A stretch of 64,000 nucleotides of DNA from Cladosporium halotolerans. Its lineage: Eukaryota. Numbering within the stretch: the stretch's first letter is position 1; the number at the start of each line of letters is the position of its first letter. The stretch covers positions 62,001 to 126,000 of the forward strand of contig NW_027191477.1 in the NCBI RefSeq assembly GCF_011745625.1, given 5' to 3'. Under the pieces are notes generated by a model. That model ran no database searches. It was not told the DNA's origin and was given only the letters and a program-made list of their open reading frames with translations. Below, piece by piece: positions 24,603-37,229 of this stretch. The position numbers and the translations under genes were made by a program.

Positions 24603-27050
24603 GGTGCTGTGGAGGCAATGTTTGCTTCACTTTGGAAAGATTGGTCAGCTTCTCGGGGTCGGTGACTGACTGGAATTGGTCACTGCTGCCGTTGGAGGGC
24701 GGGCACTCGTCGTTCGCTGGATATTCGATTCAGGCTGGACTTCTGGACTTCGCACCCTACCGACGTCTTAGTCGCCTGGCCTGGCGACACAGAGGAAGCA
24801 TATCAGTGCTATTTCGTGCCGCGGTCCACTCATCGCATGCCTTGAGCACCAGGGTGTTCATTCCAGCCTATCTGGCCAAACTTCACTACAATCCCGTGGT
24901 TTATGACTACGACGAACAGCACAGTCGTACCATGCGGCGGTCTTCCGAATGTTTCTTCAACACCAATGTCACGGGCAATCGGTGCTCGTGAAACTTGAAG
25001 TTAAGAAAAGCACACCGTGCTCATATTTCGTTGGCGAAGCGGCGCATCTAGATAGAGTCCCCCTGCCACGATTCCGCCTGCCATGGTCCTGAGTCGTGCG
25101 ATGAAAGCACTCGAGGATGAAGACGTGCATTCCGTCTTGAAACTTTGGAGGAAGATGTGGTTCCTGAATATAAATGTATCTATAGACGTGTACTTTACCA
25201 AATTACTTTCACTTCATCAGGATAGTCATCAACTATGATTCTGGATTCCTTGTGATCTCGTTGAGATTCATCATCGTTCGCTGAGATTCCCACGGCCCCA
25301 GTTGACCTTGTCTTCATTGTGGTGACCTTGCAGTTGTCGAATGTGAATGGTTGAATCAATTTCAAAAGTCAACATATGTAACGGCCCCCTCCTCTTATCT
25401 CCTCTGTACCATCTTATAGCTCTTTTCGACCGTATAAGAGAGGACCCTAAGCATTAGTGGAGTTTTCTGAGAGCCTAGAACGCGTCCAAGTCCATAGCAA
25501 CACAAAGACCAGTCTCAACCTCCTGTATCGTCCGTCCTATGAAGACCAGACGACCATTGGGTCAGATGTTGATTATCAGCCATTTGCGTTGATCGAAGCC
25601 GATGCAATGGCTTCTATAGATGGGCCTTGTGTTCGAAGACTCGCTGTCCCTGTGTTCGTGTCCAAGCCCTAAGATTAGTGCGGTATTTTCCGTCTCAAGC
25701 AGCCCGTCCGAGGGAAAAGGCATACTGGCTAAAACTCAACCATCGGTGTACCTAGGTACCACAAAAATACTCTCATTGTGTTCGGGTCGTTAAGCACTCT
25801 CTTTTGGTAGCTTGTGGGAGTTGGCAGACTTCCGGTATGCTCGCAAAAGGCAAAAATATCAGAGAATTGTTAATACTTCTGTGAAGAATACCCGATTTGA
25901 ACGGATGACCTTGTGGATATCCCGATAACTGGAATCACACGCGCTACCACTGCGCCAATTCTCCTCAATAAATCAGTTGATTTGATGGCCAGATGGCTGA
26001 AAATAAAAATATATACCTTGTTATTCCGTTTGAGACAATTCCAGCCATCAGACCTTACACACATGGAAAATCATTGATTTTAACGACGCCAGGACGTAGC
26101 CCCAACCTCTAATGACCTTGAGACACAGTATAAACCCATTAACACAACGATGGCTGAGTAAAATTGCACACGAGGAGGATGAGGCATACCGACAAGCGCG
26201 AGTTGACTTGGTGAAAATTTCCACACCTCGCCCGGCTTTGTGCGGGATCGATCCGAACCAATTCTCAGATGGTTGAACACATCGAAAACATCGTTTGAAT
26301 GATACAATGGGCTCGATCAATGGGTTTGGGAGGCTCATTTGAGAGCACAGTGGGCATTCATGTCGTTCGAAATCGCCATCAGCATGCAGGACGTACAGCG
26401 CTGAAAGTGAACCAAAGACCGTCGTCCTAAGAAACAACAAAGAAGACACTGATTCGCATGATGCACACATCAAATTACGGCATGGTTATTTCTTCAAATG
26501 ATTGGATCATCGTGGAGTACTCATATTATACCCTAGAGCCCTCGACTACGATCCAATTGCCAACTCGTGATCACAGGCTGGACACCAGGGTTAGGGTTGG
26601 GGTTGTTACACCGGCATCATCGAACGGTTCTCGACCACCAACCTTCTATCCTGATGTAGGGTACCTGGCTCGATTGCCATTCTAGGGTGGCTACTTTACG
26701 CTTGCGATCATGTATTCATCATAAATCTGGACCTAGTCGCCAGGATGCAAATACCACGGAGATGAGGTACTCAAATCGCATACTTGCCACTGCACTTGCG
26801 CCATGCTTTTGGAAAACATGCTTGAAACAACAGAAACGACTCACACGAAACTTTCATTCCTGAATATCTGGCACAGAATGATGCACCGCACTGGAAAGAA
26901 TAGCCTGCAGGCCGCTTGAACGAGTCTAGGTATCTAACAAAACGAAGTAATAGAAATCGCTTTAACTCCAAGGTAATCATGATCATCACTCAACACCGGC
27001 CTGCTGTAATCGACCGTCGATACCCACGCCCTCCCCAGGCCACACCCACT

Positions 27051-29492
27051 CTAGTGACTGATGTATTGAAACAGCGCGCTAACATCGTTCTCTGCCGCCT
27101 CCTGCCTAAGCAAATGATCCTGAATCTTGCTCATCGGACCCTCCGTACCATCGTTCGTGAAATGATTCCACGTGCTAGTATCACCATACAACATCGCCTG
27201 CGCCTTGATGAACTGCTTACCATCTTTGCAGCGCTTGCACTTGAAGGTATCGTGAGTGTCGCAGCGGGTCTTGTCGTTGTACAAGAATAGCTCACGCAGC
27301 GAGTCCGCGCTAAAGTGGCGCTCGACGTCCTCGGCGCTGTCGACGACGCAAGAGGACAGTGACTGCTTGTGCGACTGGCGCTGGAAGATCTTCTCCTCGA
27401 TTGTGCCGGTGGCGATGAAGCGGTAGACGAAGCAGTCTTTCTTCTGTCCATCACGCCAGACACGGGCGAGAGCTTGTTGGTCGGCGGCGGGATTCCAGTC
27501 GGGATCAAAGAGGACTAGGCGGTTGGCGCCGATGAGGTTCAGACCGCAGCCTCCGGCTTTGGAAGAGAGGAGGAAGACGAATTCGTCACCATTGGGGTCG
27601 TTGAACTTCTCAACTAGCTTTTGACGCTTGTTGACGTTCATCGTACCATCTAGCCGGAGTGAGCCATAGCGGCGACTGCGACAGAGCTGCTCGAAGACGT
27701 CGAGAGTTTGCGTGTAGTTCGAGATCAAAACAATTTTGTCGTTGGTGTCCTGGCGGATGCGAGCGAGCATGCGATCAAGGACCGACATTTTCCCAGACCA
27801 CCATGGCTTGATGTCGCGGTCACGTCCTCGAGCATCCTTGGGTACAAAGTCATCAGGGAAGTGCTCTTCGCATCCTGGCAAGTCTTCTGGCAAATTGAGC
27901 AAATCCGGATGATTGCAGAGCTTCTTCAAGAGGCCAATGGCCTTCAGCGGCTGACTTCCCTTGCCGCGGAGAAGCTTTTGAATCTCAGGTGATCGGATGA
28001 AGTAGTTGTAAAGGTCCAGCTGGAAAGGTGCGAGGTTGCAGAAAACGACATGCTCGTACTTGACAGGCAAGTACTTCGACAAAATATCGTTGCTTCGTCG
28101 GATAATGAACTTGTTGACCTTCTCCAGAAGCTCGTTCAATCGCTCTGTTCCCTTCTGCACATCCGCATCGGTACCTGCAGCATCTCGACCGCGGAGAATA
28201 GGAATCTCATACTGCTTGCGGAACTCTAATCTCGTGCCCAGGTATCCCGGATTGGCGAAGTTCAGAAGGGCGAAGTACTCCGAGAGATCGTTCTGGATGG
28301 GCGTTCCAGAGAGGATGACCCGCTTGCGTACATTTAGACTGTTGAGTGCCTCAAATGTCTGACTTTCGCCGTTCTTCAAACGATGCCCCTCGTCACAAAG
28401 CATCAAGCCGATCGGTGTATTCGAAAGCTCCTGGACGTACATTCGTAGAGTTTCGTAAGATACGATCAAACAGGGTCTTGTGACTGCTCGACCGGTAGCC
28501 GAAGCCCACTGCCGCATTTGTAATGTCAATTCTTCCTTGCTCGCCTTGCCATCGACGGCGAAAGCATTGATGGCATTGGGCCCAAGCCACTTGGTCAATT
28601 CGTTTGCCCAGTTCTTCACCAGTGAGGACGGACAAGCCACGATGCACTTCTGGATTGTACCCTTTCCAGCATCCGGAGATTGCTTGAGGAGCGTCCACAT
28701 GAGCGTGATGCACTGCAGCGTCTTGCCCAAACCCATCTCGTCTGCCATAATGCAGCCCTGCGCACCCTCATCAATCAGACCAGTCGTACATCGGTACATG
28801 AATTTGACACCCTCAACCTGATGTGGTCGCAGCGTCTTCGCTAGCCGCGGATCTATCACCACCGGTACCTTCGGCCGATCTGTGTCCACCTGTTTCTTGA
28901 TGCCTAGAATGTCCGCCAAGCTCTTGTGCATCAGAGGCTCGTCCAGCTTCTTCTTTTCCTTCTGGCTGCTGGTGAGCTCTGCGTCCGTGCCTTGCTCTAC
29001 CGGTTTCGGCTCAGGCTTCTCATCTACAGTCGGGTCGTAAAGCACAATGGCGAACTCGCCTGCGGGGTCATGCAATGGCTTCGCGACAAACACAGCGCCG
29101 GTCCGCAGACCTAGAAGCGGCGGAGGCCTCGCAGCATTATACGCAGTGCTGTCGCGATTCTTGAGCGGGACAGCAAAGCGCGTTCTGAACGCAGCGTCCT
29201 TGTCTCTGGGTTTGAAGACTGGGAATCTGTTGACGTCGCGCGTCGCTAAGGCGAGTCGGTCGTCGTTGCTGTACGGCTTATCGTCGTCCTCGGTACTGAC
29301 GTCTCCTCCGCCATAATTGACCTTACGTCTCTTGCGCGTCGGCTTGTCTGATGTTCTGGGGGCGACATTGGCGCCAGGGCATTTGAACGGCTTGAAGAGC
29401 TGGCCCGTGGACTGTGGCGTGCCTCCATACAAGCGGCCACGAGGCTTTGTGGGTGTTGGGGCGACGTTCTCCTTGCCAATGGCGACAGTCAT
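27051..29492 (-). CDS. RAD54: SNF2-family DNA repair/recombination translocase
   Basis: Rad54 N-terminal PLHDP motif, ADEMGLGKT, CDEGHRLKN, SGTPIQNDL, QALARVWRDGQKK. Confidence 0.97.
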   Translation of the reverse strand: MTVAIGKENVAPTPTKPRGRLYGGTPQSTGQLFKPFKCPGANVAPRTSDKPTRKRRKVNYGGGDVSTEDDDKPYSNDDRLALATRDVNRFPVFKPRDKDAAFRTRFAVPLKNRDSTAYNAARPPPLLGLRTGAVFVAKPLHDPAGEFAIVLYDPTVDEKPEPKPVEQGTDAELTSSQKEKKKLDEPLMHKSLADILGIKKQVDTDRPKVPVVIDPRLAKTLRPHQVEGVKFMYRCTTGLIDEGAQGCIMADEMGLGKTLQCITLMWTLLKQSPDAGKGTIQKCIVACPSSLVKNWANELTKWLGPNAINAFAVDGKASKEELTLQMRQWASATGRAVTRPCLIVSYETLRMYVQELSNTPIGLMLCDEGHRLKNGESQTFEALNSLNVRKRVILSGTPIQNDLSEYFALLNFANPGYLGTRLEFRKQYEIPILRGRDAAGTDADVQKGTERLNELLEKVNKFIIRRSNDILSKYLPVKYEHVVFCNLAPFQLDLYNYFIRSPEIQKLLRGKGSQPLKAIGLLKKLCNHPDLLNLPEDLPGCEEHFPDDFVPKDARGRDRDIKPWWSGKMSVLDRMLARIRQDTNDKIVLISNYTQTLDVFEQLCRSRRYGSLRLDGTMNVNKRQKLVEKFNDPNGDEFVFLLSSKAGGCGLNLIGANRLVLFDPDWNPAADQQALARVWRDGQKKDCFVYRFIATGTIEEKIFQRQSHKQSLSSCVVDSAEDVERHFSADSLRELFLYNDKTRCDTHDTFKCKRCKDGKQFIKAQAMLYGDTSTWNHFTNDGTEGPMSKIQDHLLRQEAAENDVSALFQYISH

Positions 29493-29958
29493 GTCTCTCG
29501 CAAGGAGGTGAAAGACTGTTGTCGTATCACAGACTGGAGCGAGGTGTGCGAGGATGTAAGAGAGTCGCCACCAAATGTTATCGAAAGCGATCTAGGCAGG
29601 CGCGTCGAGGAAGACGCGACCCGCAAATCGGGGTCTTTGCTCCCCGCGCGCTGTCACGGGACCTCGGGACTTCAGGCCTAGCACGGACTTCCTGAGGGCA
29701 CCTTTCATCGTCGATCTGGGTAGTATTGGGGATTTGATGAATCGGCCATGAAATTTCATGGGTATGTCGATATATTTCAATTGCTACCGTCTATTGCTCT
29801 CAAGTGGATCGCGAACTATTAGGGCCATATGTACCAAGCAAAGGGCCAACCTAAGCAAATGAACGCCAGTTTCATGCGCGTGTATGTTCAAAGGAAAAAA
29901 CAAAGCACGCCCGCCAGAACATCCAATACACATTCTGAAATGAAGGAAAAAGGGGTAT

Positions 29959-30670
29959 CTAGATGCCAAAGATGGCGACGTGGGTGTTGGGCACGCCAGG
30001 AATGCGGTCCTCAAACCACAGACGGTCGGCCTCCTGAAAGATCACATTAGTTTGTGCCGAACGAAAATACACTCATGACTGCTAGGCTTACCCAAGTGAT
30101 GTTGTTGTAGGCGTTCATGACACATCCGACAGTATCAATAATGAAGATGAGCATGTACATCAGCCAGTAGGTGATGTCGTCTAGGCTGTCTCGCTGGACA
30201 TATGCTGGGATGAACGTGCAGAAGGCAATGAGGGCCGTGGGCTGTTTTAGTCAGTAGAGGGCCATCAGGCAAGGGAATATTAGGTCATAACACACCAGCA
30301 TCAGTCTCTGCAGTCTGACCGCAAACCACAAAAACTGCACTCTCTCCTCCAAAACCTCCTCATCGCGTCTCCAGCTGGCTCTCTGCACCATCGCAAATGC
30401 AGTCTGGAACCATGCCGCCCAATGCAACACCCAGTAAACAGAGACGCAGGCGATGAATGCGGGATGGCTGGAGCGAACGTAGGGTCCAAGAGCAGCGGCA
30501 GCGATTTCAGCGCCCCAGCAGACAATGGCGAAACAGTAGAAGATGACCGTCTCGGTCTTGCGGTGCAATCCCCAGTGAAGCTTGAGGGAGAGAAGATGCT
30601 GCGGATCGGGGCGGATTTCGTCCATCGACTCATATTTGTCGCGGATCCAGGGTTCTTGTGATTCCGACAT
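29959..30670 (-). CDS. Hypothetical multi-pass membrane protein
   Basis: MSESQEPWIRD... with about four hydrophobic segments. Canonical phase-0 introns 30242-30295 and 30034-30091 keep the frame to TAG at 29959. Confidence 0.7.
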
Positions 30671-31159
30671 GATGTTGTGCCTGTGGTGTGACGGTGGGCG
30701 TATCTGCTGTCCCTGAACACAAGGAGTGGTGGCGAATTCGAGGTTTGTTGAAAGTCTGCCCACTCCAAAGTCGGGGTTCGCGGTCGCGGTGGGAACGCGC
30801 GGAAGGGCGGGTTATCGCGCGTCACCTAGGTGGGGAGGCAAACACGCGACAGGAAGAACTCTTTCGGAAGAGAAAGTTGAGCGGCTGGAGGTAGTGTTGA
30901 GGTAAAGCACTGATATCGCTCCTTTGAACCGGCCTGCAACAGGACTCAACTCAGCACAAGTTGGCATAGGAGGGCAGCGGCTTCATCATCTGGCGCGGGC
31001 TAAGCTCTCTTGGCGTGCATCACTGCTGAACTAGCGAGTAAGCACAACTCCACACGCTCCACGGTGGACCAACGGCGGAGCTTCACTTTGCGACGCGCGC
31101 TCCCGCGATCAACAGCGCGTCACATCGAAATCGAAATCGAGGCCCAGTTGTCGCCCGCC

Positions 31160-33565
31160 ATGGGCAGCACGTCCTCACAGGTTGCGCCGTCAGAGTCGCA
31201 GGAGGTCCAGCAGCGACCGGCAAATACTCAGGACTCTAATGCGCAAGAGAGCGGCGAGGGTTCAGGCAAAGAAATTCGCGTGAAGAAGCGGCGCAAAGAC
31301 GATGAGGATGCGAATCGGCCTCCTAAGCGATCAAAGAAGAGCTGGCATTCAGGGGACGGTGTAGACAACTCTGCCTCAAAGGAAGAGGTGGCGAAATTGA
31401 AGGGTGTCGGCGAGGAGAGTATACGCGGAAGTCAAGAGATTGTACGGAAGCGCAGTAAGAAGAGGTCGGAGGAAGAGACGCAGCGGGAGGATGGCGAGGG
31501 AGGACTGCGATCTCCGTTGGCCACCCAGGAATCCTTTGTGTCGGAGGGACTGCCTCGATCAACCGCCGAAACCGCGAATGGGGGAGGTTCAGATAAGCCA
31601 GCGAAAAAGAAGAAAAAGAGACACACTGGAAGGCCAAGCGGGTTGAATCTAGCGCCTGCGGACCTGTCAGAGCAGGGTACGCAGGAAACCCCAACCCAAG
31701 AAACGCAGCAAGCGACTCCTATGAATCACAACTCGAGGCATGATGTAGATGCAAGGTCACCAAGTCAATCACAAACGCTCACGCTGTCTGCCTTGAGGAA
31801 GTCGAAGGACAAAGGTCGTAAGAAGCGACGATCGGATCAGTGTTCTCCTGAAATAGCCGAAACTCAGGACACCCAGCATTCATCGCGAGACGTTACGTCG
31901 CCGCGCAGTCCAAGAATCCAGCGGAGTGTACCTGCAGCCATTGAATCCACAGATGAGGTCCAGCCGACCCCCAGTACCCCAAAAAGCAAATCTTCAAGAA
32001 AAGCGAAGAAGCAGACGCCGGAGAGAGAGAAAGTCAATGGCGCAAGAACGCTTCCTACCCCACCGGATGCGTCGCAGCTTGCGGTGCGAGAGCCTACGTC
32101 GTCGAACACTGCGCGAGGCGATCGTGGTGGGCGGCATGACGATCACTCCAAGGCCGTGCCTAAGCGGAAGAAGTCAAAGCCATCCAAAAATGCGGTTGCG
32201 GAGGATATTGAGGAATCGCCCGCGCAGGTGTCATCCCCACAACGTAGCAAGAAGCGAAAAAGCGCATCTGGAGGAGACGACAAGGAATACTTGGAAACCA
32301 ACCCTTCAGAATCAGACGTGCCGAGCCAGCAAAATTCGAATCGAAAGCGGCGGAGCAAGAAGCCAGTTGACGGCGAGGCCGAGAAAATTGACTCTGCTGC
32401 AGATGAAGATGTCGAGCCGTCGAAAAACAACAAAAAAGGCAAGAAGAAGTCCGCACCCACCAAAGCTCAGTCGGCAGACGGCAGCGACGCGTCCGTGGCC
32501 AAGGGCCCTTTCACTGAAGCGGAGAAAGCAAAAGTCGACGAGATCTACAACGAGATGCTGCAGAAAAGTGGCATGAACGAATCCGACTTCCGCGCATCAC
32601 TGAAGACATGGAAGGACGCGACGGACTTCAAGATGGCGGTGGAAAGCGCTCTTCCAGCCCGTCCCAAGCCGGCTATTCGAAAATTTTGTCAAAGACGATA
32701 TCATAATCTCGAGCGTGGAGCGTGGTCTCCAGAAGACGATGAGAGCCTCAGGAAAGCATTTGCAGTGCACGGCCCACGTTGGACAGAGGTCAGCGCACTA
32801 GTCGGCCGATTCCCTGCTGATTGCAAGGACCGATGGCAGAAACATGTCTCGATCGAAGGAACCCTTCAAGTGGGCGCGTGGACCCAAGAGGAAGAAGAAG
32901 CCTTGACGAAAGCTGTCGAACAGGCCCTGAAAGACCTGAAGAAAGCCAACAAAGGCAACAAAGACTTTCCCACCAGTCGCGACGAACAGGAGCAGATGAT
33001 CAACTGGGCGCAGATATCGAATGAGCTCGGCAACACGCGGAGTTTCAAGCGCTGCAACGAGAAATGGCAAAAGCTTAAGAAAAGGCTGAGAGCTGCCGGT
33101 GCGGACGGAACCGGCAATGCCGCACGCGTCCATGTCGTCCCCTTGGAAGGCAGCAAGAGACTGGCAGCAGCGGCTCGCTTATACGATCGATGCGACGTTG
33201 GCGACCTGTTCGACATTCTGACGGAAATCCACACTGCCATTCCCAACCACAGTCAAAACTTCGATCTTGAGACAACCTTCTGGTCGACGGTGTCCACGAA
33301 GAACCCAGATTCCAGATTCTCGTCTTCCATGCGCATTGTTGCTTTGCGTGACGCGGAGAGCGTGTATGGCAACGACGTCACGCCTCAGCCAACTTATGCA
33401 GCTACGGCGAAGGCTCTGGCAGATCATCTGGAAGAACAGTGGGGTCTTGAAGCATTGTCAGAGAAACGCAGCTTCGAGAAAAAAGCAAAAACTCGCAAGG
33501 ACAAGGCAACGAAGTTCAAGTCGAGCGAGCACATCGAGAACGATGAGGAAGAATCTGATGAGTAG
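31160..33565 (+). CDS. Myb/SANT-repeat DNA-binding protein, Reb1/Nsi1/TTF-I-like
   Basis: Long K/S/E-rich N-terminus then GAWSPEDDESL..WTEVS..R...CKDRW and GAWTQEEE..INW..IS...R...C..KW repeats. Confidence 0.8.
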   Translation: MGSTSSQVAPSESQEVQQRPANTQDSNAQESGEGSGKEIRVKKRRKDDEDANRPPKRSKKSWHSGDGVDNSASKEEVAKLKGVGEESIRGSQEIVRKRSKKRSEEETQREDGEGGLRSPLATQESFVSEGLPRSTAETANGGGSDKPAKKKKKRHTGRPSGLNLAPADLSEQGTQETPTQETQQATPMNHNSRHDVDARSPSQSQTLTLSALRKSKDKGRKKRRSDQCSPEIAETQDTQHSSRDVTSPRSPRIQRSVPAAIESTDEVQPTPSTPKSKSSRKAKKQTPEREKVNGARTLPTPPDASQLAVREPTSSNTARGDRGGRHDDHSKAVPKRKKSKPSKNAVAEDIEESPAQVSSPQRSKKRKSASGGDDKEYLETNPSESDVPSQQNSNRKRRSKKPVDGEAEKIDSAADEDVEPSKNNKKGKKKSAPTKAQSADGSDASVAKGPFTEAEKAKVDEIYNEMLQKSGMNESDFRASLKTWKDATDFKMAVESALPARPKPAIRKFCQRRYHNLERGAWSPEDDESLRKAFAVHGPRWTEVSALVGRFPADCKDRWQKHVSIEGTLQVGAWTQEEEEALTKAVEQALKDLKKANKGNKDFPTSRDEQEQMINWAQISNELGNTRSFKRCNEKWQKLKKRLRAAGADGTGNAARVHVVPLEGSKRLAAAARLYDRCDVGDLFDILTEIHTAIPNHSQNFDLETTFWSTVSTKNPDSRFSSSMRIVALRDAESVYGNDVTPQPTYAATAKALADHLEEQWGLEALSEKRSFEKKAKTRKDKATKFKSSEHIENDEEESDE

Positions 33566-34344
33566 TGTGCAGGCATCTTGCGCTGGACTTTGCAGCATTC
33601 ACAAGCAGACGATCCGAGCCTCAGCTGGAAGGTCGAAACTTTGCTTCATTAACGGTATGAGATGCAGCGTGGGAGCACGCCGATGCGATTGATCGATAGA
33701 CACGGTAACGGTGAACTTCCGATGTATGAAGCTATCAATTTCAGGCCATGTTGTCGAGCTGTTTGCGAGCCTCTAGCCGGTTGATGCGAAGCTACTTTAA
33801 GCTTAAACCGACAGTGTTTCATAAGTTAACTCCGTCATTGTCAAAATGGCACCTGCGAGGAAGTCATAGGTCGTCACATGTCAATCCTCCAAAACCGGCT
33901 AATTGCGTGAGATTACATATGCCATCTGCGCCCCCACGGGGGATCTCACGGCATTTGCCGGGCCCTGTTCGGCGTCGGCAGTTTTGATGACCCAATAGCA
34001 CAAGCTTGGTCTGGATCTCCGACCTGCCGGAATCTGAGAACGTTAGCAACTGCGGCAACGGTGATAATTGCCCTCTCCTTGAAGATCATGTATCTTAAAA
34101 ACACCGTATGCCTAAGAAATGACGTTGTCGGGCGATCCTGTGCGGTCCGGACCATGTCTCAGACGCCTTATAGAAACGGCCGGTTAAGGAGGTGGTGCAA
34201 GGCGCGATCAAGGTTTTGCGGGCCAGCTCCGCCGACTAACTTCTGACCGCACCCTCGTATCTCTTCGTATGCTCAAACGTCGGGCGTTCAGGCTTAGGGT
34301 ACGGTATTAGCCAGTGCCAGACGCGCCGCAATCGCTTGCCTGCC

Positions 34345-35740
34345 ATGCCTATGCGCAGGTCGCATGCAAAGAGCCGCCTCGGCTGCCAGCAGTGCAAAGT
34401 CCGCAGAGTCAAGGTGAGTGTCCCCCCTGCCGTCTGTCTACATTTCCCCTACACCAATAAGCGCCCTGTTTGCCTGCCGCCTGCGGTCCCTGACGCGCTC
34501 GCCAACATTGCTACTCGGTGAACTTTGAGATCATCACTCCCGCCGCCCGTTCTGGACTTGTTCTATGCCATGGCTGACCCGGCATCCCACGCCACAGTGC
34601 GACGAACAGACACCAGCCTGCACGCGCTGCGTCAAGCGAGGCGAGAAATGCTCTTTTCTCACCAGCCCAGCTGAGCAGGACTCTCCAAGCTCCAACAGCC
34701 ATGGCACGCCTCACGACTGCTCCCAAGAGCAGCATTCCCGCCACTTGCTCGAGCTTGAGCTCATGCAGCAATGGACCACCATAACCTACAAGAGCATGGC
34801 TTATGATCGCCCGGACGCGCAGCCTCTCCTGACCATCGACCTGCCGCGGTCTGCACTCAACCATGAATATCTCTTGGACGCCATATTCTCTTTCACAGCC
34901 CTCCACCTCGCCTCGCAGAGTCAAGACGATCCCTCGACAGCGGATTACTACGTCTCAGCCGCCGTGCACTTCCGGGACCGTGGGATGGCACGCGTCGCGC
35001 CCGTGCTGCAGGACGTCCATCTCAGCGAAGACGATCCGGAACCTCGCGAACTCTACGCCCTCTTTTGGTTTTCCGCACTCGCGGGGGTGGTCACCATGGC
35101 CATGACCGTCGTAACCCAGCACTCACCCTCCTGTCCCGCATTTCCCGACGTGCCTATTGGCAAGCGCTTCATCAGCATGGAAATAGCGCTTGCCCAGCTT
35201 TGGCGAGGCACAAGAGCCATCATGGACATCGCCTCGAGCCTCAGAGGGGGGATGAACCTAGGCACCGCTCCCCCGCCTGTAAAGCCGCACGGAAAGATCG
35301 ATAAGGAACTAGTTTCCTTCATAGCCCAGCTAGAAACGCTCGTCGAGCAGTCTGACAGCCCTCGCTCGCCTGCAGATGGCCAATTGGAGGCCAAACCACT
35401 GTATCGACAGAGTGTGGAGCTCATGCGCAAAGCTATTGAGACGTTCTGTGTGAGCGGTTCACTCGAGGAGCTGATGGCGTTTGGTCCCGTGTTGGGCGAA
35501 AACTTTGCAACACTGCTCCAGGAGGGCGAGCCGTTGGCGCTGCTGAATACACTGTGCTATGGTACGCTGTTGGATCTCGTCTCTCACAAGTGGTGGATTG
35601 GGAGCGCCGGCAAGGCGCTCGTAGACGAATGTTCGACTGCCCTGAGGGGGTGTCCTGAAGAGTGGCGGGATCTGATCAGCCGAGCGAGAAGGAAGGTCGG
35701 CTTGGCTGAAGCATTGTCTCCGTCTATGAGTGTTGGCTGA
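34345..35740 (+). CDS. Zn(II)2Cys6 transcription factor (Upc2-like subgroup)
   Basis: RRSHAKSRLGCQQCKVRRVK|CDEQTPACTRCVKRGEKC split by intron 34414-34597; LELMQQWTT and YLLDAIFSFTALHL motifs. Confidence 0.88.
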
Positions 35741-37229
35741 AGATCTACCGATTTTCGTGCTTCTCACGGGAAAGGCGAGCAGAAGCGCAAGACATCAGGC
35801 ATGGCACCAACCTTGGTCAAACGTCGTGACCACTAGCGACGTCTCGGCATGTGACGATCTCTCCAAAGAATATTTCCCTGCTTCATTGCACCGACAGCCA
35901 AGGGCTATAATCTTCCGGCGCCACCGAATTTCCTAGTATCTGACGCCGGCATCTGCATACTACGAGATGAAAAGGGATCCCAACTGTGCGGACCTACTGC
36001 GGCCCGACGGAATATTTTACGCATCAATCAGTTTTTTAGATCCGTTGAGAAGAGGACCGGAAATCGATTCCACAAAGTCAAGCAAAGGCCAAGAACGAGT
36101 ACGCAGACATCGGCAGGTAGCCGACACCGCGCGAGACCGATATGCCTTCAGTCACGACCGTTATCACAAGCGTTGCTTGACTAGGCACTGACGGAATACA
36201 TCAAAGCAAATGAATCCTTACGAAAATTCCAGATTAATGTGTGATCTGCTACGCCTCTGATGAACATCTCACAGCATGCACCTAGATTGGTACGTCCGCG
36301 ATGATCGTATCATAGTCCGGATTTCCCATGCCACTTCGAAAACTGCGTCTATTTTCTCGGCGTGTTGCGTGTGTAAGTGATCATACCAGAACATTGCAGT
36401 ATGTTAGTCAAGCGCATACCAGGACCGCTAAATCTGTTGAAAACCTGTCGAGCTGACTTCACAAAGACACAGTAGTCACAATTGCTTTGACAATGCTCGA
36501 GCCCCGTCCCACACCGATCAGGTAATCGCGACAGGATTTAAGCATGACGAGGAAAAGCAAGCAGAGTTTCTCGAATGAAGATAATCAGAAACGATGTTGG
36601 TACGCAGATCTCACTTTGATCGTAAAGCGTCTCAAAGACGCTATGTTTGCTGCGATGACTCTGTCCAGCTTTCCCTGTAAGAACCACGCGCGATGGCCTT
36701 CGCAGATGGTCAAAGATTTGGACGTTCCCGTAAATCGATCGCCGGTCAATTGGGAGACCCTTGAAGCTAGAAGACCAAGTACTTAATCGTAGTAGTGTTT
36801 CCACTTCCATTCGGTAAGATCCAGCCACCTTGTTATTATACGAATTCACTTGCATTGCGGATAGTCTAGAACAAAGAGACGAAGCAGGTGAAGATAGTGA
36901 ATATCGAGCTCTCGGCTTAAGGAGCTGCAGGTCTCGCAGATGTCGTAATCACCATACTTCACTGACAAGTGAAAGCCAAGACGCGCGACTGCCCTCCCGC
37001 CTGCGCGCAACGTTAGTGAATCTATTCTCAGCGGCGCGTTCAATATTCATAGTGCTCCCGACTCGACGCAAACGCCGCCTCCACTTCTCACCAACCCACC
37101 ACCAGCAACAACGACCAACACATCCTGCCTTGAATCCCTGCAACACACAGCAGCATCAAAACGAGGCACTCCTCACCCTGGCTTGCCTGTCACTCCACAC
37201 TCTTCTCGGCTCCAAGAACATTCATCACC

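Noticed and set aside
26587..26598. Telomere repeat or telomerase RNA template
   Set aside because: Only about two units, with no other supporting element.
34255..34271. Two TCGTAT sterol-response-like sites before the Upc2-like factor
   Set aside because: Imperfect match to TCGTATA and too short to distinguish from chance.
35940..37200. Short ORFs in the 1.5-kb intergenic region (e.g. 36544-36786)
   Set aside because: No motifs, codon bias or consistent splice structure.
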